Source: an uncultured virus (IMG/VR IMGVR_UViG_3300036822_000086) (taxonomy: Duplodnaviria > Heunggongvirae > Uroviricota > Caudoviricetes). Taken from it: a DNA stretch of 64,000 nucleotides. This document shows positions 17,494 through 28,338 of the stretch, piece by piece. The stretch lies in the IMG/VR virus record IMGVR_UViG_3300036822_000086. One strand, given 5' to 3'. The notes below the pieces were generated by a model. It was not told where the DNA came from. It worked only from the letters and a program-made list of their open reading frames with translations, and did no database searches. The position numbers and the translations under genes were made by a program. Position 1 is the stretch's first letter; each line of letters opens with the position of its first letter.

Positions 17494-18767
17494 GCGACGT
17501 CTTCGTCCTCACTGACGAACATCCAGTGCACCTTGCCCTTGCCCTCGATGCCGAGCATGTCTGCTAAAGCTGGCGATAGATCAATGCCCGCATCGTTACT
17601 CGGTACCTTGCCCGCGTTGTTTCCGCTTCCTGGTGGCAATGGCGTTTTGTTTTTGTAGCAAGTTTCGGCAATCGGTCGCTGATCACCAAACACATAGTCG
17701 TCGTCATTCACCACCCACGGTCCCTTGTCCATGATCGGCCCGACCGCGCTCAATTCATTGTCGGGATTGAACACGCGCACGCCACGCTCGCGCATCGCTG
17801 CGTCGGTGACGTTGACCGGCAGGCTGACGTAGTAATCGGTGTCGTTGAGATACGGACCGCGCCCCTGCGAATCGTACGGCCCATAGGCCGAATATTCGTT
17901 GTCCGCTTCGCCGCCGAACACGGTCGCAGTGATGTTCTTCTGATTCTCGGGAATGCCCTCGCCGGGCTCGATCTCGCTCGGAACTTCCGGCTCGTCGGGC
18001 TCGTCCGGCTTGTTGTGGAATTCCTCGCCATTGAGGCTGACGACAACGTCCCCACTCAGGTTGACACGCATGCGAACTACATTGCGGCAGCGCGCGTTGC
18101 CGTTGATCAGCGTGCCGTTGATCACCACCGCGACGTCGCCCTCAGTCCAGCCGACGATGTCAACGCGGTTGTCTTCCGTTGGCGGCTCGGGCTGCGGCTG
18201 CGGCGGCAATTCCTGATCCGGCGGCTGTTCTGCGTCCGGCACGTCGTAGCCGCTCATGCTTTCGGCAATCGCCTCCGCAATGGCATCGTGCTTGGCGTCG
18301 GCAGATTGGCAATCTCCGGTGTTGTCGCAGAACCAGCACTCAAGCAGGATCGAGGGTTCCTCCGTGCCGTTCAGGAACGCCAGATCGGTTCGTTTCTTGG
18401 CGCCTCGATTGGTGAATCCGCCAGCTTCAGCAATTGCGGCCGACACTTTCGAAGCAAGGCTCGATTGGGTCACGTACAGAACTTCGACGCCGTGGGCAGA
18501 ATGATCGAAGGCATTGAGATGGATCGACACATCCAAATCGCGGGTCTGCGCATTGTGGAAATCAACAATCCGATCGAGGTTTTCGCTCTGACTTGTTGAC
18601 ACCGTATCGGTGTAGGTGACGACTTCGACGCCTGCGGCTTTCAGCTTCGCCGCAACGGCGTTCATCATTTTAATTGCTTGATCGACTTCATCGTGTTGCG
18701 GCGGGCGCGGGGAACCTGCGGCGCCCCGGATTTTTGTGCCATGGCCGCTGCTGACTACGATCTTCAT
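17490..18767 (-). CDS. endolysin: N-acetylmuramoyl-L-alanine amidase (Amidase_3) with C-terminal DPBB-like domain
   Basis: SSGHG, VSIHLNA, ILLE zinc motifs; C-terminal DKGPW...GIDLSPA. Confidence 0.85.
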   Translation of the reverse strand: MKIVVSSGHGTKIRGAAGSPRPPQHDEVDQAIKMMNAVAAKLKAAGVEVVTYTDTVSTSQSENLDRIVDFHNAQTRDLDVSIHLNAFDHSAHGVEVLYVTQSSLASKVSAAIAEAGGFTNRGAKKRTDLAFLNGTEEPSILLECWFCDNTGDCQSADAKHDAIAEAIAESMSGYDVPDAEQPPDQELPPQPQPEPPTEDNRVDIVGWTEGDVAVVINGTLINGNARCRNVVRMRVNLSGDVVVSLNGEEFHNKPDEPDEPEVPSEIEPGEGIPENQKNITATVFGGEADNEYSAYGPYDSQGRGPYLNDTDYYVSLPVNVTDAAMRERGVRVFNPDNELSAVGPIMDKGPWVVNDDDYVFGDQRPIAETCYKNKTPLPPGSGNNAGKVPSNDAGIDLSPALADMLGIEGKGKVHWMFVSEDEDVA

Positions 18768-18988
18768 TTTGCCTGCTCCAACAGTTCGTGAACTTTCTGG
18801 CATGTCTCGCCGACGTTGACGTTCTTGCCGTCGGTCGTGAATACGATGCAGCGCGTCCCCGATGCGAAGTGATCGGTGCCGCGAACGGTGCGGAGGGTGG
18901 CCACGCTCAGCGGATTAAGCTCGATCACCTGACCGTCCGGCCCGGTGAGCGTGATCAACTGCACGGCGATCAACGTCACGATGTTCAT
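18764..18988 (-). CDS. FlbD-like small protein
   Basis: LITLTGPDGQVIELNP...VGET pattern. Confidence 0.5.
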   Translation of the reverse strand: MNIVTLIAVQLITLTGPDGQVIELNPLSVATLRTVRGTDHFASGTRCIVFTTDGKNVNVGETCQKVHELLEQAK

Positions 18989-19006
18989 CGCCGCATTCCA
19001 TCGCGT

Positions 19007-19375
19007 TCATCGCATGATTGCTGGTCGCCGCACGACGTGCATCTTCGGCGGCGCGGCGGCATGGCGCGCGGCGCGGTTATAAGCGCCCTGCTGCGCGTGC
19101 TTCTCACGCAGCCATGTTTTCTTGACGAAGAAATCGTGCACGAACCAGCGGATCGCAATGCTGAGATCGACCGGCTGTTGCTGACATTTCTGAATGTGCC
19201 GCTCGACGCCAAGCTCGGCCAATACTGGATGCGCTTTCGCCTTCTCGATCTTCTCTTGGCTAAGCCCGCGCGGCTGATGCGTGGCGATGCGCAAGATCAC
19301 ATCGCCCACGGTCACGCCGTGCCACCACGCGATGATGTTCAGCCCTTCGACGTATTCAGGTTCGAGATCGAACAT
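19007..19375 (-). CDS. hypothetical protein
   Basis: ATG overlaps the fibre stop (TGATG). Confidence 0.5.
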   Translation of the reverse strand: MFDLEPEYVEGLNIIAWWHGVTVGDVILRIATHQPRGLSQEKIEKAKAHPVLAELGVERHIQKCQQQPVDLSIAIRWFVHDFFVKKTWLREKHAQQGAYNRAARHAAAPPKMHVVRRPAIMR

Positions 19376-20712
19376 CAGGTTAATGCTCCGACGATGCTTC
19401 CTATAGCGATATTCATGCTGCCGCTGCTGACTTGATACCACCCGGCGACTGTATGGAGTCCGTCGCCCAGGCTGGCGACCAGCGAGGCCGACAATTGATA
19501 GTATGAGCCCTGCGAGAGAGCAGATACGGCGCTCCAAGCACTCCCGACGCCGCCGGGCGCAGAGCCGTCCAGTCCCAGGCCCGCATAGATATTGATGCCC
19601 GTCGCATCGGGATTTGACACCGTGGCCTGATACGTCGCGTTGATGACGTCATCAGCGAATGCCACGAAGTATAGATAGAACCCATTCTGCGCCCAAGTTG
19701 TTGATCCACCCGGGCCCCATGAGGTGACAGGAACCGCGCAACTGATACGTGGTCGATTAAACCAGCTTCGCACGTAGCGGAATCCTGGCTGGTCGAAAAA
19801 AGTTTTGTTGCTGGCGGCGAAGATCACGCCGATCAGGCTGCGCGTGTTGTCGCCATTCTTGATAGCGACGCCGACGTTGCCGGCCGTTTGGCTGATCGCA
19901 TAGCCGGTGCCTGAGAAATCGGCGGTCAGCGTGCCACTATTGTTGAACGCGTAGACAAAATAGGTGGTGGCACCCGCCAAATTCTGCCCGGCGACGCCGT
20001 TGACGAAACAGTTGGTGTTGGCGAGTCCGACGATACCCGTGGCCGGGATTTGATAGATCACGCCGTTGATCTTGATGCAGTCGCCGCGATACGGCAGGAA
20101 GCTCAACTGCGTGCTGCTGACAAACCGCAATACCCCGCCGAACGGCGCGTGAAGGTCACCTGAAGCACCTTGGGCACCCTGCGGTCCGGTCGCGCCAACG
20201 GGGCCCTGCTGTCCTGGCGTCCCGGCCAACCCGATATTCCAATCCGCATAGGCACCGCTGCCGTTGGCGTAGTCGCAGTTGAATGATAGCGCCGTTCCGC
20301 TCGGGCTGTAGCTCGTGCATTGGCCTTCCATCCAAGCCGTCGGCGTGCCGTTGCTGACGATGCGAACGCGCATGCCCGGCAGATACGCGAGGTTGGTGGT
20401 CGTGGTCAGCGTCTGCGGCCCGGTCCCGATCGCCAGCGATGTTGTTGATGTTCCGCCGTAACCAAGCGAGCCGCCGGGCCCTTGCGGACCGACCGGGCCC
20501 TGTGGCCCTGTGGTGCCAGGAGGACCGATGGCGCCCTGCGGACCTTGTGGGCCGGGACCACCAGGAGGGCCGGGAGGGCCAACCGGCCCGGTGTTTCCCG
20601 GCGGTCCGATCGGCGGCACGATCAAGCTCGGCCCACCCGGGAACGGCTGCACGTTGGCCGACAGGCTGATGCGCGAGGCTGCGGAACTGCCGAGGCCAAA
20701 TCGTTCGGTCAT
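19375..20712 (-). CDS. collagen-repeat tail fibre
   Basis: Gly-X-Y runs plus beta-rich domains; start 20712 coupled to the upstream stop. Confidence 0.8.
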   Translation of the reverse strand: MTERFGLGSSAASRISLSANVQPFPGGPSLIVPPIGPPGNTGPVGPPGPPGGPGPQGPQGAIGPPGTTGPQGPVGPQGPGGSLGYGGTSTTSLAIGTGPQTLTTTTNLAYLPGMRVRIVSNGTPTAWMEGQCTSYSPSGTALSFNCDYANGSGAYADWNIGLAGTPGQQGPVGATGPQGAQGASGDLHAPFGGVLRFVSSTQLSFLPYRGDCIKINGVIYQIPATGIVGLANTNCFVNGVAGQNLAGATTYFVYAFNNSGTLTADFSGTGYAISQTAGNVGVAIKNGDNTRSLIGVIFAASNKTFFDQPGFRYVRSWFNRPRISCAVPVTSWGPGGSTTWAQNGFYLYFVAFADDVINATYQATVSNPDATGINIYAGLGLDGSAPGGVGSAWSAVSALSQGSYYQLSASLVASLGDGLHTVAGWYQVSSGSMNIAIGSIVGALT

Positions 20713-21092
20713 CGTGTCGTCCCCTGCACCACGGTCGCCGTGCCTTCCCAGAGCCGTTCCTGATAGCCGCTCGGCGTCAAGCGCACGCAATCGATAAAAA
20801 AGTTGCCCGGGTAGAGGCGCCACAGCTTATCGCGCGTGATGGCGATGAAGAATTCGCCGGTCGTCGGATCGTTGTTGTAGAATTCGATGCCGTTGTCGGG
20901 CGAGTTCACCGAGACGATTGCCTCGTTGTCCGCTTCCTGCACCCGAATTTCCATCTTCAATTCGCTGCCCGTCAGATCAAACGGCATCACGGTTATGCCG
21001 TCCGGCGCAAACGTGCCGTAGACGAACGGGACCACCCAGTCCTCGTTCATCGCGATGTTGACGGTGGCTTCGTAATAGGTCGGACCGGCCAT
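20709..21092 (-). CDS. BppU-like fibre adaptor protein
   Basis: [14 protein letters not shown]...RLWEGTATV. Confidence 0.6.
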   Translation of the reverse strand: MAGPTYYEATVNIAMNEDWVVPFVYGTFAPDGITVMPFDLTGSELKMEIRVQEADNEAIVSVNSPDNGIEFYNNDPTTGEFFIAITRDKLWRLYPGNFFIDCVRLTPSGYQERLWEGTATVVQGTTR

Positions 21093-21104
21093 GGCGGCCT
21101 CTCA

Positions 21105-21698
21105 TTATCGCTTTGCGCCAGCGAAGGCGTTGTCGATGTCGGCATACACGCGCATGGTCGGCGTCGTCGCATTCTGATCCGCGATGACGGTCGCCTCGAT
21201 ATTGCGCACGGTCTGCACTTGCGCCATGACCGCGTTGAACATGTTGATCGCGTCTTGGGCCGTGATGGTGTAGGCCATGTTGTTTTGTGTGAAATCCACC
21301 GAAGCGGTGGGCGCCAAGGTGGCCGCGTGCGAGGCCAGATTGTTGAGCAACGATTGGCTTTCTCGGTCGCTGTTGATCGTAATTTGGCCGCCGCCCGATG
21401 GTGTGAACGAAACGCCTTGCACTGAAAGATTATAACGAACTTGCGCCGCATAGGCTTTCAGGATGGCCGGTGTCTCGGTCGGCTGCGCATAGGGGCGCGT
21501 GTCGGGTATTTGCGCGGTCGGATCGCTGGAAACAGGCGGCGGCGTTCCTAACTTTTGCAAATCGCTGTACTGTCCAGCCCAAGGAACGATGCGGATGGTG
21601 CCTGCGGCGCCGTAGGCCGACATGGGAACGGGGGCTTGCGAGTCATCATGAATGGCGACGACGGCCGCATTCGCTATGTTGCAATAAAGCAAAAGCAT
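21105..21698 (-). CDS. tail fibre assembly protein (DUF4376-like)
   Basis: LKAYAAQVRY...INSDRESQ; directly follows a fibre gene. Confidence 0.65.
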   Translation of the reverse strand: MLLLYCNIANAAVVAIHDDSQAPVPMSAYGAAGTIRIVPWAGQYSDLQKLGTPPPVSSDPTAQIPDTRPYAQPTETPAILKAYAAQVRYNLSVQGVSFTPSGGGQITINSDRESQSLLNNLASHAATLAPTASVDFTQNNMAYTITAQDAINMFNAVMAQVQTVRNIEATVIADQNATTPTMRVYADIDNAFAGAKR

Positions 21699-21709
21699 TT
21701 GTTGATCCC

Positions 21710-23017
21710 TCACACCAAGATATATGACCCGTCCGCGCTCAGCACATTCGCCGCTGGTGAGCAAGTCCCAATGACACCACTTGCCCCCGGCGCATTAATG
21801 ATGCTGCCATAGCCCGCCGCTACACTGGGACCACCATTGCCTGAGAACTGCGCACCGGGGCATTGGGCTGACGATTGAACTGTCACGTACAGGCCAGCCG
21901 GGCCACCGTTGTTCACGAACTGTGCGGCCCCCGTAGAATTGTCGGCGTAGAAGCTGCCCTGATCTAAAAACACGCCTTGCTGCGCATTATAGCTGAACTT
22001 CGAGTTTGACCCCACCTGATACTGACCGATGATGCTGCACATCAACCCGGACCAAGCATTGCCTTCGGCGAAGAACTGCGCGTAACCATTGGCGCCGCAG
22101 TCAAAGCCAGCCCCGACTCCGTTGTTGTCGTTGGACGTGGTCCAAACCTGAGTATTTACGCCGTGCCACATGTTGCCGCCGCTGGCGAGGCCGATGCCGT
22201 GGCCGGTGCTACCAGTCCCGGAGAAAAAGCTGCCATCCGCGAGCGACAATAAACCGCCGCCGACGCCAACATAGCCTCCCCACACCGACACATTGGCGAC
22301 GTTCAGTTGCCCTTGCAGCACACCAAACCCGCCCTTCGCGGAGCGGTCCCCAACGATCAAGATGTTCTTGAACGCCATGCCGACGCACGAGGCGTAAACA
22401 CCCTGCCCCGAACTAAAATCGAATTCGGTGGCGAAGCGCGTCCTCAATCTGGTGAGATTATTGTTGCGGTCATTCGCTCGCGACGTGGCATCATAGCCGG
22501 TCACAGGGAAGTCGGTGGACACCGGCAGCGACAACATGGCGGCGCCCGAGACAGTAATGCGATTGCCGTTAGGATGGTCGAGCGACACTCCGACCGCACC
22601 ATAGGTCCACTTGCCCGCCGCGCATGCCAACGTTACGAACCCGTTGTGCGTGATGATAAATTTCGACAAGTCCTCGAACGCGACGTTCAAGTCAAAATAC
22701 TTGGCGCCCGTGCCGTGCACCTGATAGTTCACCACGTTGTCGATGTACCATTGCGGAATCGGCGTGGTGCGGATGAAGCCTTCGATCGCCTTGCGTAGCT
22801 GTGTCAGGTCGCCGTTGCTCGGCGCCGCGCACGCCGTGTTGCTGAAGTCGCTGTAATGGCGCGTGTAGGCGGCGTTGATGACTTCGACCACTTCGCGCTG
22901 ATCATACTCAAGCGACGCCCCAGGCACGATCGACCCTTCGATCCCGGCGTCGGGATTGCCGTCCACATACGGCGCATTGGGATTGGCAGGCTGATCCAGA
23001 GGTTGATTGTATTGCAT
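21710..23017 (-). CDS. tail fibre/spike with beta-helix
   Basis: N-terminal GSIVPG...QREVVEVI...DLTQLRKAI baseplate-anchor motif; Gly/Asn-rich C-terminus. Confidence 0.8.
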   Translation of the reverse strand: MQYNQPLDQPANPNAPYVDGNPDAGIEGSIVPGASLEYDQREVVEVINAAYTRHYSDFSNTACAAPSNGDLTQLRKAIEGFIRTTPIPQWYIDNVVNYQVHGTGAKYFDLNVAFEDLSKFIITHNGFVTLACAAGKWTYGAVGVSLDHPNGNRITVSGAAMLSLPVSTDFPVTGYDATSRANDRNNNLTRLRTRFATEFDFSSGQGVYASCVGMAFKNILIVGDRSAKGGFGVLQGQLNVANVSVWGGYVGVGGGLLSLADGSFFSGTGSTGHGIGLASGGNMWHGVNTQVWTTSNDNNGVGAGFDCGANGYAQFFAEGNAWSGLMCSIIGQYQVGSNSKFSYNAQQGVFLDQGSFYADNSTGAAQFVNNGGPAGLYVTVQSSAQCPGAQFSGNGGPSVAAGYGSIINAPGASGVIGTCSPAANVLSADGSYILV

Positions 23018-23026
23018 TTTGTCCCC

Positions 23027-23716
23027 TCAGTAATTCGGAATGCCCGCCCATTCGAGCGTGATGGCGAAGCTCCATGACCCGCTGCCAGGAACTTGCGCTC
23101 TGACGACGAATCCCTCGTTGGCCTGAAGGATCAGCGGATGCTCCCCGTTCAACTTCTCAAACAGAGTCATCGGCGTTGGGCTGAACGTCGTGTTGGCCGT
23201 TGTCGGGATCATGAAGCTGCGCTGGTCGAGCGGCGCCGAATCCAAGGTTCGCACGCCGGGCGTGAGCGGAGAATTCGCCGCGATCATGATTGCAGCCTCG
23301 GCATTGGTCATATCGGCCCGCAACCTGCTGCTGCCGTCGCCAAAGTAATCTTCGGTGCCGCCGGAATCAGGACTCGTAAACCCTCGCGCTGTGATCATGT
23401 TGAACGTGCCGATCGCCGTTGATGCGAAGGCCGTACCGCCCGACCAAACCTGGAAGCGCAGCCGCGTGATCGCGGCGACCAAGGTCGTGGCTGTCCACTG
23501 GAACGAATAGACCGGACTCAAGCTGCCCAAGCCGGACAGGAACGCCCCGCTCGTATCGCAGCGCTGAAAGATGCCGCCCGGCTTGTAGTCGAGCGCATAC
23601 GGCGTGGCCAAGAACAGCGAGCGCTGCAAGGTGCCATCCTGGCCGGCTGACACGTCGCGGCTGCGCAGATAGAACAGATTGCCCAGCCCGTCCTTGATTT
23701 GTTTGTTGTCGGCCAT
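23027..23716 (-). CDS. virion structural protein, unknown
   Basis: 229-aa beta-rich ORF in the tail operon. Confidence 0.6.
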   Translation of the reverse strand: MADNKQIKDGLGNLFYLRSRDVSAGQDGTLQRSLFLATPYALDYKPGGIFQRCDTSGAFLSGLGSLSPVYSFQWTATTLVAAITRLRFQVWSGGTAFASTAIGTFNMITARGFTSPDSGGTEDYFGDGSSRLRADMTNAEAAIMIAANSPLTPGVRTLDSAPLDQRSFMIPTTANTTFSPTPMTLFEKLNGEHPLILQANEGFVVRAQVPGSGSWSFAITLEWAGIPNY

Positions 23717-24439
23717 TTAGGGTATCCCCATCGGCAGATACTGCGTATTGAATGGATTCGTGTAGTCCAGCGCCCACAGCGGCGAGAAGTCCCACACGAT
23801 CTCGGTGTGCGCGGGCTTCCATCTGTTCAAGATGCATTCCAGATCATAGGGCCCGTAAATCGCCAACAATCGATCGACGCCCGTCTGACTTGAGTTCACC
23901 CGGAAATAAACCAACTTCACCGCAGCAACATGCACGGTCCAGTAATAACGGATTTCCGGCTTTCCTAATTGCCAGAACATCCGCGTCGGATCGTCGGGAT
24001 TGAAAATCTTGCTGCGATCGCCGCAACGCGACACGCCGCACATGTACGGCGAGTATTCGGTAATCGTGATCAGATAGCCGAGCGCCGCCGCAACGCCGAT
24101 GTAGAACGCCCGCGATTGCGAGCCCAGCAACGTCATCTTGCCGACCAGCGCCTTGTGGCGGCTGGTCAGATCACGCGGCGGATTGATCAGGCACGGATCA
24201 GGTAGGCCCCAGGCACGCTCCCAATCCGGCAATAGCTCGATCGTTTTGCGCGGATCGGATTCAGTCTCCAACAAGTCGGCAGCGCGCGCATCAACAAATC
24301 CCCAATATTGCGCAAGCCCCTCAACGACGTTGACGAGCGTGCTATCGGGCGAGCGCGGCCATGCTTGACCATGCGGCAGTAGCTCAAGCATGCCTTGAGC
24401 GTAATCGTCGCCGCTGCGGCGCACATGTTGGTCGGCCAT
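23717..24439 (-). CDS. baseplate wedge protein (Mu gp48/YmfQ-like)
   Basis: LLPHGQAWP, LLPDWERAWGLPD, LECILNRWKPAHT. Confidence 0.88.
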   Translation of the reverse strand: MADQHVRRSGDDYAQGMLELLPHGQAWPRSPDSTLVNVVEGLAQYWGFVDARAADLLETESDPRKTIELLPDWERAWGLPDPCLINPPRDLTSRHKALVGKMTLLGSQSRAFYIGVAAALGYLITITEYSPYMCGVSRCGDRSKIFNPDDPTRMFWQLGKPEIRYYWTVHVAAVKLVYFRVNSSQTGVDRLLAIYGPYDLECILNRWKPAHTEIVWDFSPLWALDYTNPFNTQYLPMGIP

Positions 24440-24442
24440 TTT

Positions 24443-25519
24443 CTATCCATAGGTGACATCTCCGAGCACGGGCATGTAACCGTTGCTCGGCATGGCAACA
24501 TCGCTGGCGATCAGGTCATACGCATTGACGCCGGGCGCGCTCATGATGGCTTCATCGAGCCATGCCCGATACCACGTCTGCCCAGGCTTCGAGCGCACCA
24601 GGAATTGGTTCAGCAAACTGGTGACGATGGCGTCATGCACCGCTTGATTATCGGCATCCAGATACGCGATGCGCGCATTGACCGGATAGGGGATCGGGCA
24701 GACGACAAACATGTCTTTGACAGTGACCGGCCGCACCTTGTTAATGTAGGCGGCGACCGTATCGACATCGTCCGGCAACGGAAACCCGCCATTGCCGGCG
24801 CGCAAGTCGTCCATCATGAAGCGCAACGTCATCGTGCCGATTCCCATCTCTTGCGGGAACGGCCACGCCCGCGTGACCCCAGGAACCGCGAGCGCCCATT
24901 CAACGTAATCGGTCGCATCGCCGCCCATTGGCGGCTCGCGAATGCGCAGCAACACCCGCGAACGTAATTCGTCATCCGTCTCGGTGTCGGTGCCGCCGCT
25001 CATCGTGATGACGGTCGCGGTCGGATCAATGCCAACCGCCGCATTCACGCCCATTGTCGCGCCGGGATCGAGATTGCCTGCGGCGCCGGGATCGATCGCG
25101 CGCGTCGGGACGGGCACAGGCGCCGAGCCTGATGTCACCGTCACTTGCTGCGTTGTCTCGTAGTAGACTGTGCCGACGTTCAGCGATGTTCCGGCCGGAA
25201 TGACGGCCCAAATATTTCCGCTCATGTTGACGATGCCGCTGGCCAGCGTCGCCACCTTGCGGCCGATCGAGCCGTCGTCATTCACCAGCCATATGTTGGC
25301 GTGCCGGTCTAAAAAAATCGTTTCGGCCGTATCAGGAAGCAACTGCAAAGCTAACCAATCAATATACTGAAGTGTGAGATGACACGTGGCGCCGGTCACG
25401 TCGGACACGACGCGCAAGACGCTGTTGGGCACGGCCGCGTCCGCGCCCGGGAGAATGGCGTTGACGTTGTCGCGCACAAGGCTGCGCACTTGGCGCAAAG
25501 TCGGAGTCTGCCAGGGCAT
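24443..25519 (-). CDS. baseplate J-like protein (Mu gp47)
   Basis: GGTDTETDDELRSR, GGDATDYVEWALAVPGVTRAW. Confidence 0.92.
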   Translation of the reverse strand: MPWQTPTLRQVRSLVRDNVNAILPGADAAVPNSVLRVVSDVTGATCHLTLQYIDWLALQLLPDTAETIFLDRHANIWLVNDDGSIGRKVATLASGIVNMSGNIWAVIPAGTSLNVGTVYYETTQQVTVTSGSAPVPVPTRAIDPGAAGNLDPGATMGVNAAVGIDPTATVITMSGGTDTETDDELRSRVLLRIREPPMGGDATDYVEWALAVPGVTRAWPFPQEMGIGTMTLRFMMDDLRAGNGGFPLPDDVDTVAAYINKVRPVTVKDMFVVCPIPYPVNARIAYLDADNQAVHDAIVTSLLNQFLVRSKPGQTWYRAWLDEAIMSAPGVNAYDLIASDVAMPSNGYMPVLGDVTYG

Positions 25520-25527
25520 GGGATTGT

Positions 25528-26088
25528 TTACCGGGTAGCGGTGTTGACGAATTCGTCCCACAGAATCGCGTAGCGCAATTCAACGGCCGGCGTGTTGCCA
25601 CGATAGACGACAATCAAAGCGTCGATTTGTTGCAGATCAGAGCGCACGACGTTCACCGTGTAGGTCGTGGCGATACGGTTATCCACGAACGGCTGCACGC
25701 AGGCGAAGATGTAGTGCTTGATCCGCGCGACGGTCGCCCCGCGCAAAGCGTTCGGGCTTTCGATCGCCGCGCGCCGCATCAACCACAGCTTCGAACCGAT
25801 CGGCCAGCCGTTCCAGATCGGGCCGGCATCGAAGTCGCCCCACCAGCCCTCGCGGTCGCTGGAGTCGGGATCAGGAAGTTGATCGTCGGTCGAAGCGAGC
25901 CCATCGGTGCCGAGCGCGACGCACAGTGCGGTGGCGAGCGCTTGCGTATCGTCAAGCCGGCCGTCATCCAGCAACCGCCAATCCAGCGTGACGGAATACT
26001 TGGGAAAGTAGAGATTCTGGACAAGCCGAATGTCCGGGCACGGGCTCGGCGCCGGCACATCCCAGCGTCTTGCGGGAACTGGCGGCAT
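25528..26088 (-). CDS. Mu gp46-like baseplate protein
   Basis: GWWGD...IGSKLWL. Confidence 0.88.
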   Translation of the reverse strand: MPPVPARRWDVPAPSPCPDIRLVQNLYFPKYSVTLDWRLLDDGRLDDTQALATALCVALGTDGLASTDDQLPDPDSSDREGWWGDFDAGPIWNGWPIGSKLWLMRRAAIESPNALRGATVARIKHYIFACVQPFVDNRIATTYTVNVVRSDLQQIDALIVVYRGNTPAVELRYAILWDEFVNTATR

Positions 26089-26094
26089 GAGTGA

Positions 26095-27006
26095 TCAGCC
26101 GGTCTTGCCCAAGCCGTTTTTCATCGGGCCCTTGAGCGTGACGATTTTTGCGAAGCTGGCCTTGCCCTTCAACGCGCCGACATAAACATTCTTGTCCGTG
26201 TTCACTTCGTAGTAGCCGTTGCCGTCATCCAGATAGTGCCGGACGTTGGTGCCGCTCGACGCCGCTTCGTCCTTGGTCAGATGCATGAAGCGCTTGGACT
26301 GCTGATTTTTGTCCTTCAGCGATTTCTGCCCCATACGCTTGCCGCCGCCGTAACTGCCGAAGGCATTGGTCCCCTCCGTGGCGCTGCCGGTACCACCGGA
26401 GTCATACAGTGTCGGCACTCCGCGCATCGGCTTGACCAGCGGCTGCATCAGGTCCTTGATAATGCCGAGACGCAACGCCTCCCGCGCCGCTTCATGCGCG
26501 CGCCCGCCAGCTTGCTGCGCCTTCTGCTGATTCTGATAGCTCTTGCTGTTCATATCCTGCTCGGTCTGCTCATCGAGCAGCGCCATTCGCATGGTCTTAT
26601 CCATCGGCAGGCTGTGGAATATTCCTTCCACAGCCATCTGGATTTGTTGCTTCCGGCCCTGTGTCGAGAACATCGAGTTGTCGCCAGGGTCAAGCCCCAT
26701 GAGACGGTGGCGACGATCATCCATGTTACCGGCGATTGGATACGAGCGGCTACCACCGATGAAGTTCTGCACGACTTCCGCGCATTGCTGGATTTTGCCC
26801 AAGATATCCTTGACTGCCGGTAGACAAATCGAGCTTGAGCCGTAGTTCTGCGGTGCCTCGACCCCCTCGCGCGACTCGCCATTCATGAAGTTGCCCGCCA
26901 TGCTCTGCATGAGCGTGGTGTCGTTGATTGTATCGACGCTTGAGCGCGCGCCGCCGCCGATGTAGCCGCGAAATGATGTGGCTTGGCCTGTTGCTCGATG
27001 CACCAT
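26095..27006 (-). CDS. baseplate spike/assembly protein (Mu gp45-like)
   Basis: VEAPQNYG...DDRRHRLMGLDPGD. Confidence 0.8.
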   Translation of the reverse strand: MVHRATGQATSFRGYIGGGARSSVDTINDTTLMQSMAGNFMNGESREGVEAPQNYGSSSICLPAVKDILGKIQQCAEVVQNFIGGSRSYPIAGNMDDRRHRLMGLDPGDNSMFSTQGRKQQIQMAVEGIFHSLPMDKTMRMALLDEQTEQDMNSKSYQNQQKAQQAGGRAHEAAREALRLGIIKDLMQPLVKPMRGVPTLYDSGGTGSATEGTNAFGSYGGGKRMGQKSLKDKNQQSKRFMHLTKDEAASSGTNVRHYLDDGNGYYEVNTDKNVYVGALKGKASFAKIVTLKGPMKNGLGKTG

Positions 27007-27030
27007 CTTGGTCGTCTCTCTCTGTTTGCT

Positions 27031-28332
27031 TTAGAATCCGCCGCCGCCGCCACCGCCGCCGCCGCGCCCTGAAGTCTGACCTTCGCCGGGCAAGGTTGAA
27101 ATCGCTGGCGGCAGCGCTTGTTGTTGCGGCAGCCCGAGTATTGCTGCGCGCACTTGATCAATACTGACCGTGGCCTGCTTGGGGGGCGCCTGCGTCGGAA
27201 CATCCGCCGTCGAAAGCGGATTGCCGACGTTGATTTGCGTGTCGTCGTTGAGCGCGGCCGGGTTCACGCATTCGAGCACGGTTTCGGTGCCGTTCTCGCT
27301 GTCCTGCGTCCAGGTGCAGGTTTTGATTTTCATCACTTCATTCAACGGAACGCTCGGCGAATACACAGCAACATTCTGGCCAGCATGCCAAAGCCCGAAT
27401 GCGCTGAACCATCCATACACCGTGATCAACGCTGTTTTCTTCGTGCCGTCCGTCCACTTGGCTTCGAAGTCGGCACGCATCTGAAGCTCAGACTGATCTC
27501 TGACCGGTTCTTCAACCGGGATCACGCAATTGGCCGCGATACAGCTTTGCCCGCTGGCGTGGGCCACCATTTCATTAGCATCGGGACCGTTTTTCTGATC
27601 ATCGCCGGACGTCTGGCCGAGCACTTCGATATCGCCCCACTGGTCCTCGATCGAAATGACCGCCTGCATCTTTTTGATGTTGACGCCTTCGGCCAACGTA
27701 TCGACCCCGGGGCCCCAAGTATGATCGAAGATCAGCAACGCCTCGCCCGCCGCATTGGAGCCGAGAATCGCCCCGCGCTGACGCGCCAGCTTTTCAATAA
27801 ATTCCCAAATGTTTCCGCCCGGCGGCGCCTGCAACTTTTGGAATGACTCGTTGTTCGCACTGCCAACCGCCCGCACCGTCACCCCGAGCGGATCAATTAG
27901 TCTGTGCGCGACCCCCATAATCGTCATGCCGTCCATGTTGGCCTGTTCGGTTTTGATATGCGACTTGAACGGCCAGAACGTTGCCGACTTGCCGATCAGC
28001 AATACCTGATGGCGATCGGCGTCGTAGGCGACTTGCCTCTGCGTGACGTAGCCCTTCAGCGCTTGCGAGCCGCCGAGTTGGAGCACAAGCGAATCGCACA
28101 CATAGACCGGGATGTCTGGAATCGGCTGCGTCCCGAATATGCCTGCCTGTATATCTGCCAGGGTAATCGCCGCGCTGAGCGGGATCGGCTTGCGCTCAGC
28201 GGTGGTGAAACGAAAAAACGAAAACGATTCGTTCCAGCGTTCTTGCGCCCACACGGTTTCCCATTCCCGGTAAGCAATGCCATTGACGATCAGCGTGGCG
28301 ATTTCTGACGGGTTGAACTGAGTTGGCGGCAT
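27031..28332 (-). CDS. baseplate hub (Mu P/gp44-like)
   Basis: LIVNGIAYREWETV, LAEGVNIK, TVYGW...LWHAG. Confidence 0.82.
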   Translation of the reverse strand: MPPTQFNPSEIATLIVNGIAYREWETVWAQERWNESFSFFRFTTAERKPIPLSAAITLADIQAGIFGTQPIPDIPVYVCDSLVLQLGGSQALKGYVTQRQVAYDADRHQVLLIGKSATFWPFKSHIKTEQANMDGMTIMGVAHRLIDPLGVTVRAVGSANNESFQKLQAPPGGNIWEFIEKLARQRGAILGSNAAGEALLIFDHTWGPGVDTLAEGVNIKKMQAVISIEDQWGDIEVLGQTSGDDQKNGPDANEMVAHASGQSCIAANCVIPVEEPVRDQSELQMRADFEAKWTDGTKKTALITVYGWFSAFGLWHAGQNVAVYSPSVPLNEVMKIKTCTWTQDSENGTETVLECVNPAALNDDTQINVGNPLSTADVPTQAPPKQATVSIDQVRAAILGLPQQQALPPAISTLPGEGQTSGRGGGGGGGGGF

Positions 28333-28338
28333 GTGATT

